64,000 nt of DNA from the NCBI RefSeq assembly GCF_009914755.1, contig NC_060942.1; one strand, 5' to 3'. Positions 26,446 through 40,500 of the stretch are shown here, in pieces (position 1 is the stretch's first letter; each line of letters begins with the position of its first letter). Origin of the DNA: the human T2T-CHM13v2.0 reference genome, Homo sapiens. Below the pieces are notes generated by a model. That model saw only the letters and a list, made by a program, of their open reading frames with translations, had not been told where the DNA came from and did no database searches. The translations under genes were made by a program, and so were the position numbers.

Positions 26446-29400
26446 AGCGGGAATTCATACAAATTGCAGACTGCAGCGTTCTGAGAAACATCTTTGTGAT
26501 GTTTGTATTCAGGACACAGAGTTGAACATTCCCTATCATAGAGCAGGTTGGAATCACTCCTTTTGTAGTATCTGGAAGTGGACATTTGGAGCGCTTTCAG
26601 GCCTATTTTGGAAAGGGAAATATCTTCCCGTAACAACTATGCAGAAGCATTCTCAGAAACTTGTTTGTGATGTGTGCCCTCTACTGACAGAGTTGAACCT
26701 TTCTTTTCATAGAGCAGTTTTGAAACACTCTTTTTGTAGAATCTGCAAGAGGATATTTGCATAGCTTTGAGGATTTCGTGGGAAACGGGATTGTCTTCAG
26801 GTAAAATCTAGACAGAAGCATTCTCAGAAACTTCTTTGGGATGTTTGCATTCAAGTCACAGAGTAGAACATTCCCTTTGGTAGAGCAGGTTTGAAACACT
26901 CTTTTTGTAGTATCTGGAAGTGGACATTTGGAGCGCTTTCAGGCCCATGTTGGAAAGGGAAATATCTTCCCGTAACAACTAGGCAGAAGCATTCTCAGAA
27001 ACTTATTTGAGATGTGTGTACTCAACTAAGAGAATTGAACCACCGTTTTGAAGGAGCAGTTTTGAAACACTCTTTTTCTGGAATCTGCAAGAGTATATTT
27101 GCCTAGCCTTGAGGATTTCGTTGGAAACGGGATTGTCTTCAGAGAAAATCTAGACAGAAGCATTCTCAGAAACTTCTTTGGGATGTTTGCATTCAAGTCA
27201 CAGAGTAGAACATTCCCTTTGGTAGAGCAGGTTTGAAACACTCTTTTTTTAGTATATGGAAGTGGACATTTGGAGCGCTTTCAGGCCTACGTTGGAAAAG
27301 GAAATATCTTCCCATAACAACTAGACAGAAGCATTCTCAGAAACTAGTTTCTGATGTGTGTCCTCAACTAACACAGTTGTACATTTCTTTACACAGAACA
27401 GTTTTGAAACACTCTTTTTGTGGAATCTGCAAGTGGATATTGGGCTAGATTTGAGGATTTCGTTGGAAACGGGATTACATATAAAAAGCAGTCAGCAGCA
27501 TTCTCAGAAAGTTCTTTGTGATGATTGCATTCAAGTCACAGAATTGAACATTCCCTTTCACAGAGCAGGTTTGAAACACTCTTTTTGTAGTGTGTGTAAG
27601 TGGACATTTGGAGCACTTACCGGCCTAAGGTGAAAAAGGAAATATCTTCCCATAAAAACTAGACAGAAGCATTCTCAGAAACTTACTCGTGATGTGTGTC
27701 CTCAACTAAAGGAGTAGAACCTTTCTTTTCATAGAGAAGTTTTGAAACGCTCTTTTTGTGGAATCTGCAAGTGGATATTTGGCTAGTTTTGAGGATTTCG
27801 TTGGAAGCGGGAATTCATACAAATTGCAGACTGCAGCGTTCTGAGAAACATCTTTGTGATGTTTGTATTCAGGACACAGAGTTGAACATTCCCTATCATA
27901 GAGCAGGTTGGAATCACTCCTTTTGTAGTATCTGGAAGTGGACATTTGGAGCGCTTTCAGGCCTATGTTGGAAAAGGAAATATCTTCCCATAACAACTAG
28001 ACAGAAGCATTCTCAGAAACTTATTTGAGATGTGTGTACTCAACTAAGAGAATTGAACCACCGTTTTGAAGGAGCAGTTTTGAAACTCTCTTTTTCTGGA
28101 ATCTGCAAGTGGATATTTGGCTAGCTTTGGGGATTTCGCTGGAAGCGGGAATACATATAAAAAGCACACAGCAGCGTTCTGAGAAACTGCTTTCTGATGT
28201 TTGCATTCAAGTCAAAAGTTGAACACTCCCTTTCATAGAGCAGTCTTGAAACACCCCTTTTGTAGTATCTGGAACTGGACTTTTGGAGCGATTTCAGGGC
28301 TAAGGTGAAAAAGGAAATATCTTCCCATAAAAACTGGACAGAAGCATTCTCAGAAACTTGTTTATGCTGTATCTACTCAACTAACAAAGTTGAACCTTTC
28401 TTTTGATAGAGCAGTTTTGAAATGGTCTTTTTGTGGAATCTGCAAGTGGATATTTGGCTAGTTTTGAGGATTTCGTTGGAAGCGGGAATTCATACAAATT
28501 GCAGACTGCAGCGTTCTGAGAAACATCTTTGTGATGTTTGTATTCAGGACACAGAGTTGAACATTCCCTATCATAGAGCAGGTTGGAATCACTCCTTTTG
28601 TAGTATCTGGAAGTGGACATTTGGAGCGCTTTCAGGCCCATGTTGGAAAGGGAAATATCTTCCCGTAACAACTAGGCAGAAGCATTCTCAGAAACTTATT
28701 TGAGATGTGTGTACTCAACTAAGAGAATTGAACCACCGTTTTGAAGGAGCAGTTTTGAAACTCTCTTTTTCTGGAATCTGCAAGTGGATATTTGGCTAGC
28801 TTTGGGGATTTCGCTGGAAGCGGGAATACATATAAAAAGCACACAGCAGCGTTCTGAGAAACTGCTTTCTGATGTTTGCATTCAAGTCAAAAGTTGAACA
28901 CTCCCTTTCATAGAGCAGTCTTGAAACACCCCTTTTGTAGTATCTGGAACTGGACTTTTGGAGCGATTTCAGGGCTAAGGTGAAAAAGGAAATATCTTCC
29001 CATAAAAACTGGACAGAAGCATTCTCAGAAACTTGGTTATGCTGTATCTACTCAACTAACAAAGTTGAACCTTTCTTTTGATAGAGCAGTTTTGAAATGG
29101 TCTTTTTGTGGAATCTGCAAGTGGATATTTGGCTAGTTTTGAGGATTTCGTTGGAAGCGGGAATTCATACAAATTGCAGACTGCAGCGTTCTGAGAAACA
29201 TCTTTGTGATGTTTGTATTCAGGACACAGAGTTGAACATTCCCTATCATAGAGCAGGTTGGAATCACTCCTTTTGTAGTATCTGGAAGTGGACATTTGGA
29301 GCGCTTTCAGGCCTATTTTGGAAAGGGAAATATCTTCCCGTAACAACTATGCAGAAGCATTCTCAGAAACTTGTTTGTGATGTGTGCCCTCTACTGACAG

Positions 29401-32400
29401 AGTTGAACCTTTCTTTTCATAGAGCAGTTTTGAAACACTCTTTTTGTAGAATCTGCAAGAGGATATTTGCATAGCTTTGAGGATTTCGTGGGAAACGGGA
29501 TTGTCTTCAGGTAAAATCTAGACAGAAGCATTCTCAGAAACTTCTTTGGGATGTTTGCATTCAAGTCACAGAGTAGAACATTCCCTTTGGTAGAGCAGGT
29601 TTGAAACACTCTTTTTGTAGTATCTGGAAGTGGACATTTGGAGCGCTTTCAGGCCCATGTTGGAAAGGGAAATATCTTCCCGTAACAACTAGGCAGAAGC
29701 ATTCTCAGAAACTTATTTGAGATGTGTGTACTCAACTAAGAGAATTGAACCACCGTTTTGAAGGAGCAGTTTTGAAACACTCTTTTTCTGGAATCTGCAA
29801 GAGTATATTTGCCTAGCCTTGAGGATTTCGTTGGAAACGGGATTGTCTTCAGAGAAAATCTAGACAGAAGCATTCTCAGAAACTTCTTTGGGATGTTTGC
29901 ATTCAAGTCACAGAGTAGAACATTCCCTTTGGTAGAGCAGGTTTGAAACACTCTTTTTTTAGTATATGGAAGTGGACATTTGGAGCGCTTTCAGGCCTAC
30001 GTTGGAAAAGGAAATATCTTCCCATAACAACTAGACAGAAGCATTCTCAGAAACTAGTTTCTGATGTGTGTCCTCAACTAACACAGTTGTACATTTCTTT
30101 ACACAGAACAGTTTTGAAACACTCTTTTTGTGGAATCTGCAAGTGGATATTGGGCTAGATTTGAGGATTTCGTTGGAAACGGGATTACATATAAAAAGCA
30201 GTCAGCAGCATTCTCAGAAAGTTCTTTGTGATGATTGCATTCAAGTCACAGAATTGAACATTCCCTTTCACAGAGCAGGTTTGAAACACTCTTTTTGTAG
30301 TGTGTGTAAGTGGACATTTGGAGCACTTACCGGCCTAAGGTGAAAAAGGAAATATCTTCCCATAAAAACTAGACAGAAGCATTCTCAGAAACTTACTCGT
30401 GATGTGTGTCCTCAACTAAAGGAGTAGAACCTTTCTTTTCATAGAGAAGTTTTGAAACGCTCTTTTTGTGGAATCTGCAAGTGGATATTTGGCTAGTTTT
30501 GAGGATTTCGTTGGAAGCGGGAATTCATACAAATTGCAGACTGCAGCGTTCTGAGAAACATCTTTGTGATGTTTGTATTCAGGACACAGAGTTGAACATT
30601 CCCTATCATAGAGCAGGTTGGAATCACTCCTTTTGTAGTATCTGGAAGTGGACATTTGGAGCGCTTTCAGGCCTATGTTGGAAAAGGAAATATCTTCCCA
30701 TAACAACTAGACAGAAGCATTCTCAGAAACTTATTTGAGATGTGTGTACTCAACTAAGAGAATTGAACCACCGTTTTGAAGGAGCAGTTTTGAAACTCTC
30801 TTTTTCTGGAATCTGCAAGTGGATATTTGGCTAGCTTTGGGGATTTCGCTGGAAGCGGGAATACATATAAAAAGCACACAGCAGCGTTCTGAGAAACTGC
30901 TTTCTGATGTTTGCATTCAAGTCAAAAGTTGAACACTCCCTTTCATAGAGCAGTCTTGAAACACCCCTTTTGTAGTATCTGGAACTGGACTTTTGGAGCG
31001 ATTTCAGGGCTAAGGTGAAAAAGGAAATATCTTCCCATAAAAACTGGACAGAAGCATTCTCAGAAACTTGTTTATGCTGTATCTACTCAACTAACAAAGT
31101 TGAACCTTTCTTTTGATAGAGCAGTTTTGAAATGGTCTTTTTGTGGAATCTGCAAGTGGATATTTGGCTAGTTTTGAGGATTTCGTTGGAAGCGGGAATT
31201 CATACAAATTGCAGACTGCAGCGTTCTGAGAAACATCTTTGTGATGTTTGTATTCAGGACACAGAGTTGAACATTCCCTATCATAGAGCAGGTTGGAATC
31301 ACTCCTTTTGTAGTATCTGGAAGTGGACATTTGGAGCGCTTTCAGGCCCATGTTGGAAAGGGAAATATCTTCCCGTAACAACTAGGCAGAAGCATTCTCA
31401 GAAACTTATTTGAGATGTGTGTACTCAACTAAGAGAATTGAACCACCGTTTTGAAGGAGCAGTTTTGAAACTCTCTTTTTCTGGAATCTGCAAGTGGATA
31501 TTTGGCTAGCTTTGGGGATTTCGCTGGAAGCGGGAATACATATAAAAAGCACACAGCAGCGTTCTGAGAAACTGCTTTCTGATGTTTGCATTCAAGTCAA
31601 AAGTTGAACACTCCCTTTCATAGAGCAGTCTTGAAACACCCCTTTTGTAGTATCTGGAACTGGACTTTTGGAGCGATTTCAGGGCTAAGGTGAAAAAGGA
31701 AATATCTTCCCATAAAAACTGGACAGAAGCATTCTCAGAAACTTGGTTATGCTGTATCTACTCAACTAACAAAGTTGAACCTTTCTTTTGATAGAGCAGT
31801 TTTGAAATGGTCTTTTTGTGGAATCTGCAAGTGGATATTTGGCTAGTTTTGAGGATTTCGTTGGAAGCGGGAATTCATACAAATTGCAGACTGCAGCGTT
31901 CTGAGAAACATCTTTGTGATGTTTGTATTCAGGACACAGAGTTGAACATTCCCTATCATAGAGCAGGTTGGAATCACTCCTTTTGTAGTATCTGGAAGTG
32001 GACATTTGGAGCGCTTTCAGGCCTATTTTGGAAAGGGAAATATCTTCCCGTAACAACTATGCAGAAGCATTCTCAGAAACTTGTTTGTGATGTGTGCCCT
32101 CTACTGACAGAGTTGAACCTTTCTTTTCATAGAGCAGTTTTGAAACACTCTTTTTGTAGAATCTGCAAGAGGATATTTGCATAGCTTTGAGGATTTCGTG
32201 GGAAACGGGATTGTCTTCAGGTAAAATCTAGACAGAAGCATTCTCAGAAACTTCTTTGGGATGTTTGCATTCAAGTCACAGAGTAGAACATTCCCTTTGG
32301 TAGAGCAGGTTTGAAACACTCTTTTTGTAGTATCTGGAAGTGGACATTTGGAGCGCTTTCAGGCCCATGTTGGAAAGGGAAATATCTTCCCGTAACAACT

Positions 32401-34575
32401 AGGCAGAAGCATTCTCAGAAACTTATTTGAGATGTGTGTACTCAACTAAGAGAATTGAACCACCGTTTTGAAGGAGCAGTTTTGAAACACTCTTTTTCTG
32501 GAATCTGCAAGAGTATATTTGCCTAGCCTTGAGGATTTCGTTGGAAACGGGATTGTCTTCAGAGAAAATCTAGACAGAAGCATTCTCAGAAACTTCTTTG
32601 GGATGTTTGCATTCAAGTCACAGAGTAGAACATTCCCTTTGGTAGAGCAGGTTTGAAACACTCTTTTTTTAGTATATGGAAGTGGACATTTGGAGCGCTT
32701 TCAGGCCTACGTTGGAAAAGGAAATATCTTCCCATAACAACTAGACAGAAGCATTCTCAGAAACTAGTTTCTGATGTGTGTCCTCAACTAACACAGTTGA
32801 ACATTTCTTTAGACAGAACAGTTTTGAAACACTCTTTTTGTGGAATCTGCAAGTGGCTATTTGGCTAGATTTGAGGATTTCGTTAGAAACGGGATTACAT
32901 ATAAAAAGCAGTCAGCAGCATTCTCAGAAAGTTCTTTGTGATGATTGCATTCAAGTCACAGAATTGAACATTCCCTTTCACAGAGCAGGTTTGAAACACT
33001 CTTTTTGTAGTGTGTGTAAGTGGACATTTGGAGCACTTACCGGCCTAAGGTGAAAAAGGAAATATCTTCCCATAAAAACTAGACAGAAGCATTCTCAGAA
33101 ACTTACTCGTGATGTGTGTCCTCAACTAAAGGAGTAGAACCTTTCTTTTCATAGAGAAGTTTTGAAACGCTCTTTTTGTGGAATCTGCAAGTGGATATTT
33201 GGCTAGTTTTGAGGATTTCGTTGGAAGCGGGAATTCATACAAATTGCAGACTGCAGCGTTCTGAGAAACATCTTTGTGATGTTTGTATTCAGGACACAGA
33301 GTTGAACATTCCCTATCATAGAGCAGGTTGGAATCACTCCTTTTGTAGTATCTGGAAGTGGACATTTGGAGCGCTTTCAGGCCTATGTTGGAAAAGGAAA
33401 TATCTTCCCATAACAACTAGACAGAAGCATTCTCAGAAACTTATTTGAGATGTGTGTACTCAACTAAGAGAATTGAACCACCGTTTTGAAGGAGCAGTTT
33501 TGAAACTCTCTTTTTCTGGAATCTGCAAGTGGATATTTGGCTAGCTTTGGGGATTTCGCTGGAAGCGGGAATACATATAAAAAGCACACAGCAGCGTTCT
33601 GAGAAACTGCTTTCTGATGTTTGCATTCAAGTCAAAAGTTGAACACTCCCTTTCATAGAGCAGTCTTGAAACACCCCTTTTGTAGTATCTGGAACTGGAC
33701 TTTTGGAGCGATTTCAGGGCTAAGGTGAAAAAGGAAATATCTTCCCATAAAAACTGGACAGAAGCATTCTCAGAAACTTGGTTATGCTGTATCTACTCAA
33801 CTAACAAAGTTGAACCTTTCTTTTGATAGAGCAGTTTTGAAATGGTCTTTTTGTGGAATCTGCAAGTGGATATTTGGCTAGTTTTGAGGATTTCGTTGGA
33901 AGCGGGAATTCATACAAATTGCAGACTGCAGCGTTCTGAGAAACATCTTTGTGATGTTTGTATTCAGGACACAGAGTTGAACATTCCCTATCATAGAGCA
34001 GGTTGGAATCACTCCTTTTGTAGTATCTGGAAGTGGACATTTGGAGCGCTTTCAGGCCTATGTTGGAAAAGGAAATATCTTCCCATAACAACTAGACAGA
34101 AGCATTCTCAGAAACTTATTTGAGATGTGTGTACTCAACTAAGAGAATTGAACCACCGTTTTGAAGGAGCAGTTTTGAAACTCTCTTTTTCTGGAATCTG
34201 CAAGTGGATATTTGGCTAGCTTTGGGGATTTCGCTGGAAGCGGGAATACATATAAAAAGCACACAGCAGCGTTCTGAGAAACTGCTTTCTGATGTTTGCA
34301 TTCAAGTCAAAAGTTGAACACTCCCTTTCATAGAGCAGTCTTGAAACACCCCTTTTGTAGTATCTGGAACTGGACTTTTGGAGCGATTTCAGGGCTAAGG
34401 TGAAAAAGGAAATATCTTCCCATAAAAACTGGACAGAAGCATTCTCAGAAACTTGGTTATGCTGTATCTACTCAACTAACAAAGTTGAACCTTTCTTTTG
34501 ATAGAGCAGTTTTGAAATGGTCTTTTTGTGGAATCTGCAAGTGGATATTTGGCTAGTTTTGAGGATTTCGTTGGA
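26446..34575 (+). repeat. Cluster 2 of three 16-mer HOR variants (26446-29155, 29156-31865, 31866-34575)
   Basis: The marker ORF at 26681, 29391, 32101, 34811 has a 2710-bp period. The 675-bp tetramer is doubled (28021/28696, 30731/31406, 33441/34116). Confidence 0.97.
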
Positions 34576-37500
34576 AGCGGGAATTCATACAAATTGCAGA
34601 CTGCAGCGTTCTGAGAAACATCTTTGTGATGTTTGTATTCAGGACACAGAGTTGAACATTCCCTATCATAGAGCAGGTTGGAATCACTCCTTTTGTAGTA
34701 TCTGGAAGTGGACATTTGGAGCGCTTTCAGGCCTATTTTGGAAAGGGAAATATCTTCCCGTAACAACTATGCAGAAGCATTCTCAGAAACTTGTTTGTGA
34801 TGTGTGCCCTCTACTGACAGAGTTGAACCTTTCTTTTCATAGAGCAGTTTTGAAACACTCTTTTTGTAGAATCTGCAAGAGGATATTTGCATAGCTTTGA
34901 GGATTTCGTGGGAAACGGGATTGTCTTCAGGTAAAATCTAGACAGAAGCATTCTCAGAAACTTCTTTGGGATGTTTGCATTCAAGTCACAGAGTAGAACA
35001 TTCCCTTTGGTAGAGCAGGTTTGAAACACTCTTTTTGTAGTATCTGGAAGTGGACATTTGGAGCGCTTTCAGGCCCATGTTGGAAAGGGAAATATCTTCC
35101 CGTAACAACTAGGCAGAAGCATTCTCAGAAACTTATTTGAGATGTGTGTACTCAACTAAGAGAATTGAACCACCGTTTTGAAGGAGCAGTTTTGAAACAC
35201 TCTTTTTCTGGAATCTGCAAGAGTATATTTGCCTAGCCTTGAGGATTTCGTTGGAAACGGGATTGTCTTCAGAGAAAATCTAGACAGAAGCATTCTCAGA
35301 AACTTCTTTGGGATGTTTGCATTCAAGTCACAGAGTAGAACATTCCCTTTGGTAGAGCAGGTTTGAAACACTCTTTTTTTAGTATATGGAAGTGGACATT
35401 TGGAGCGCTTTCAGGCCTACGTTGGAAAAGGAAATATCTTCCCATAACAACTAGACAGAAGCATTCTCAGAAACTAGTTTCTGATGTGTGTCCTCAACTA
35501 ACACAGTTGTACATTTCTTTACACAGAACAGTTTTGAAACACTCTTTTTGTGGAATCTGCAAGTGGATATTGGGCTAGATTTGAGGATTTCGTTGGAAAC
35601 GGGATTACATATAAAAAGCAGTCAGCAGCATTCTCAGAAAGTTCTTTGTGATGATTGCATTCAAGTCACAGAATTGAACATTCCCTTTCACAGAGCAGGT
35701 TTGAAACACTCTTTTTGTAGTGTGTGTAAGTGGACATTTGGAGCACTTACCGGCCTAAGGTGAAAAAGGAAATATCTTCCCATAAAAACTAGACAGAAGC
35801 ATTCTCAGAAACTTACTCGTGATGTGTGTCCTCAACTAAAGGAGTAGAACCTTTCTTTTCATAGAGAAGTTTTGAAACGCTCTTTTTGTGGAATCTGCAA
35901 GTGGATATTTGGCTAGTTTTGAGGATTTCGTTGGAAGCGGGAATTCATACAAATTGCAGACTGCAGCGTTCTGAGAAACATCTTTGTGATGTTTGTATTC
36001 AGGACACAGAGTTGAACATTCCCTATCATAGAGCAGGTTGGAATCACTCCTTTTGTAGTATCTGGAAGTGGACATTTGGAGCGCTTTCAGGCCTATGTTG
36101 GAAAAGGAAATATCTTCCCATAACAACTAGACAGAAGCATTCTCAGAAACTTATTTGAGATGTGTGTACTCAACTAAGAGAATTGAACCACCGTTTTGAA
36201 GGAGCAGTTTTGAAACTCTCTTTTTCTGGAATCTGCAAGTGGATATTTGGCTAGCTTTGGGGATTTCGCTGGAAGCGGGAATACATATAAAAAGCACACA
36301 GCAGCGTTCTGAGAAACTGCTTTCTGATGTTTGCATTCAAGTCAAAAGTTGAACACTCCCTTTCATAGAGCAGTCTTGAAACACCCCTTTTGTAGTATCT
36401 GGAACTGGACTTTTGGAGCGATTTCAGGGCTAAGGTGAAAAAGGAAATATCTTCCCATAAAAACTGGACAGAAGCATTCTCAGAAACTTGTTTATGCTGT
36501 ATCTACTCAACTAACAAAGTTGAACCTTTCTTTTGATAGAGCAGTTTTGAAATGGTCTTTTTGTGGAATCTGCAAGTGGATATTTGGCTAGTTTTGAGGA
36601 TTTCGTTGGAAGCGGGAATTCATACAAATTGCAGACTGCAGCGTTCTGAGAAACATCTTTGTGATGTTTGTATTCAGGACACAGAGTTGAACATTCCCTA
36701 TCATAGAGCAGGTTGGAATCACTCCTTTTGTAGTATCTGGAAGTGGACATTTGGAGCGCTTTCAGGCCTATTTTGGAAAGGGAAATATCTTCCCGTAACA
36801 ACTATGCAGAAGCATTCTCAGAAACTTGTTTGTGATGTGTGCCCTCTACTGACAGAGTTGAACCTTTCTTTTCATAGAGCAGTTTTGAAACACTCTTTTT
36901 GTAGAATCTGCAAGAGGATATTTGCATAGCTTTGAGGATTTCGTGGGAAACGGGATTGTCTTCAGGTAAAATCTAGACAGAAGCATTCTCAGAAACTTCT
37001 TTGGGATGTTTGCATTCAAGTCACAGAGTAGAACATTCCCTTTGGTAGAGCAGGTTTGAAACACTCTTTTTGTAGTATCTGGAAGTGGACATTTGGAGCG
37101 CTTTCAGGCCCATGTTGGAAAGGGAAATATCTTCCCGTAACAACTAGGCAGAAGCATTCTCAGAAACTTATTTGAGATGTGTGTACTCAACTAAGAGAAT
37201 TGAACCACCGTTTTGAAGGAGCAGTTTTGAAACACTCTTTTTCTGGAATCTGCAAGAGTATATTTGCCTAGCCTTGAGGATTTCGTTGGAAACGGGATTG
37301 TCTTCAGAGAAAATCTAGACAGAAGTATTCTCAGAAACTTCTTTGGGATGTTTGCATTCAAGTCACAGAGTAGAACATTCCCTTTGGTAGAGCAGGTTTG
37401 AAACACTCTTTTTGTAGTATCTGGAAGTGGACATTTGGAGCGCTTTCAGGCCTACGTTGGAAAAGGAAATATCTTCCCATAACAACTAGACAGAAGCATT

Positions 37501-40500
37501 CTCAGAAACTAGTTTCTGATGTGTGTCCTCAACTAACACAGTTGAACATTTCTTTAGACAGAACAGTTTTGAAACACTCTTTTTGTGGAATCTGCAAGTG
37601 GCTATTTGGCTAGATTTGAGGATTTCGTTGGAAACGGGATTACATATAAAAAGCAGTCAGCAGCATTCTCAGAAAGTTCTTTGTGATGATTGCATTCAAG
37701 TCACAGAATTGAACATTCCCTTTCACAGAGCAGGTTTGAAACACTCTTTTTGTAGTGTGTGTAAGTGGACATTTGGAGCACTTACCGGCCTAAGGTGAAA
37801 AAGGAAATATCTTCCCATAAAAACTAGACAGAAGCATTCTCAGAAACTTACTCGTGATGTGTGTCCTCAACTAAAGGAGTAGAACCTTTCTTTTCATAGA
37901 GAAGTTTTGAAACGCTCTTTTTGTGGAATCTGCAAGTGGATATTTGGCTAGTTTTGAGGATTTCGTTGGAAGCGGGAATTCATACAAATTGCAGACTGCA
38001 GCGTTCTGAGAAACATCTTTGTGATGTTTGTATTCAGGACACAGAGTTGAACATTCCCTATCATAGAGCAGGTTTGAATCACTCCTTTTGTAGTATCTGG
38101 AAGTGGACATTTGGAGCGCTTTCAGGCCTATGTTGGAAAAGGAAATATCTTCCCATAACAACTAGACAGAAGCATTCTCAGAAACTTATTTGAGATGTGT
38201 GTACTCAACTAAGAGAATTGAACCACCGTTTTGAAGGAGCAGTTTTGAAACTCTCTTTTTCTGGAATCTGCAAGTGGATATTTGGCTAGCTTTGGGGATT
38301 TCGCTGGAAGCGGGAATACATATAAAAAGCACACAGCAGCGTTCTGAGAAACTGCTTTCTGATGTTTGCATTCAAGTCAAAAGTTGAACACTCCCTTTCA
38401 TAGAGCAGTCTTGAAACACCCCTTTTGTAGTATCTGGAACTGGACTTTTGGAGCGATTTCAGGGCTAAGGTGAAAAAGGAAATATCTTCCCATAAAAACT
38501 GGACAGAAGCATTCTCAGAAACTTGGTTATGCTGTATCTACTCAACTAACAAAGTTGAACCTTTCTTTTGATAGAGCAGTTTTGAAATGGTCTTTTTGTG
38601 GAATCTGCAAGTGGATATTTGGCTAGTTTTGAGGATTTCGTTGGAAGCGGGAATTCATACAAATTGCAGACTGCAGCGTTCTGAGAAACATCTTTGTGAT
38701 GTTTGTATTCAGGACACAGAGTTGAACATTCCCTATCATAGAGCAGGTTGGAATCACTCCTTTTGTAGTATCTGGAAGTGGACATTTGGAGCGCTTTCAG
38801 GCCTATTTTGGAAAGGGAAATATCTTCCCGTAACAACTATGCAGAAGCATTCTCAGAAACTTGTTTGTGATGTGTGCCCTCTACTGACAGAGTTGAACCT
38901 TTCTTTTCATAGAGCAGTTTTGAAACACTCTTTTTGTAGAATCTGCAAGAGGATATTTGCATAGCTTTGAGGATTTCGTGGGAAACGGGATTGTCTTCAG
39001 GTAAAATCTAGACAGAAGCATTCTCAGAAACTTCTTTGGGATGTTTGCATTCAAGTCACAGAGTAGAACATTCCCTTTGGTAGAGCAGGTTTGAAACACT
39101 CTTTTTGTAGTATCTGGAAGTGGACATTTGGAGCGCTTTCAGGCCCATGTTGGAAAGGGAAATATCTTCCCGTAACAACTAGGCAGAAGCATTCTCAGAA
39201 ACTTATTTGAGATGTGTGTACTCAACTAAGAGAATTGAACCACCGTTTTGAAGGAGCAGTTTTGAAACACTCTTTTTCTGGAATCTGCAAGAGTATATTT
39301 GCCTAGCCTTGAGGATTTCGTTGGAAACGGGATTGTCTTCAGAGAAAATCTAGACAGAAGCATTCTCAGAAACTTCTTTGGGATGTTTGCATTCAAGTCA
39401 CAGAGTAGAACATTCCCTTTGGTAGAGCAGGTTTGAAACACTCTTTTTTTAGTATATGGAAGTGGACATTTGGATCGCTTTCAGGCCTACGTTGGAAAAG
39501 GAAATATCTTCCCATAACAACTAGACAGAAGCATTCTCAGAAACTAGTTTCTGATGTGTGTCCTCAACTAACACAGTTGAACATTTCTTTAGACAGAACA
39601 GTTTTGAAACACTCTTTTTGTGGAATCTGCAAGTGGCTATTTGGCTAGATTTGAGGATTTCGTTGGAAACGGGATTACATATAAAAAGCAGTCAGCAGCA
39701 TTCTCAGAAAGTTCTTTGTGATGATTGCATTCAAGTCACAGAATTGAACATTCCCTTTCACAGAGCAGGTTTGAAACACTCTTTTTGTAGTGTGTGTAAG
39801 TGGACATTTGGAGCACTTACCGGCCTAAGGTGAAAAAGGAAATATCTTCCCATAAAAACTAGACAGAAGCATTCTCAGAAACTTACTCGTGATGTGTGTC
39901 CTCAACTAAAGGAGTAGAACCTTTCTTTTCATAGAGAAGTTTTGAAACGCTCTTTTTGTGGAATCTGCAAGTGGATATTTGGCTAGTTTTGAGGATTTCG
40001 TTGGAAGCGGGAATTCATACAAATTGCAGACTGCAGCGTTCTGAGAAACATCTTTGTGATGTTTGTATTCAGGACACAGAGTTGAACATTCCCTATCATA
40101 GAGCAGGTTGGAATCACTCCTTTTGTAGTATCTGGAAGTGGACATTTGGAGCGCTTTCAGGCCTATGTTGGAAAAGGAAATATCTTCCCATAACAACTAG
40201 ACAGAAGCATTCTCAGAAACTTATTTGAGATGTGTGTACTCAACTAAGAGAATTGAACCACCGTTTTGAAGGAGCAGTTTTGAAACTCTCTTTTTCTGGA
40301 ATCTGCAAGTGGATATTTGGCTAGCTTTGGGGATTTCGCTGGAAGCGGGAATACATATAAAAAGCACACAGCAGCGTTCTGAGAAACTGCTTTCTGATGT
40401 TTGCATTCAAGTCAAAAGTTGAACACTCCCTTTCATAGAGCAGTCTTGAAACACCCCTTTTGTAGTATCTGGAACTGGACTTTTGGAGCGATTTCAGGGC

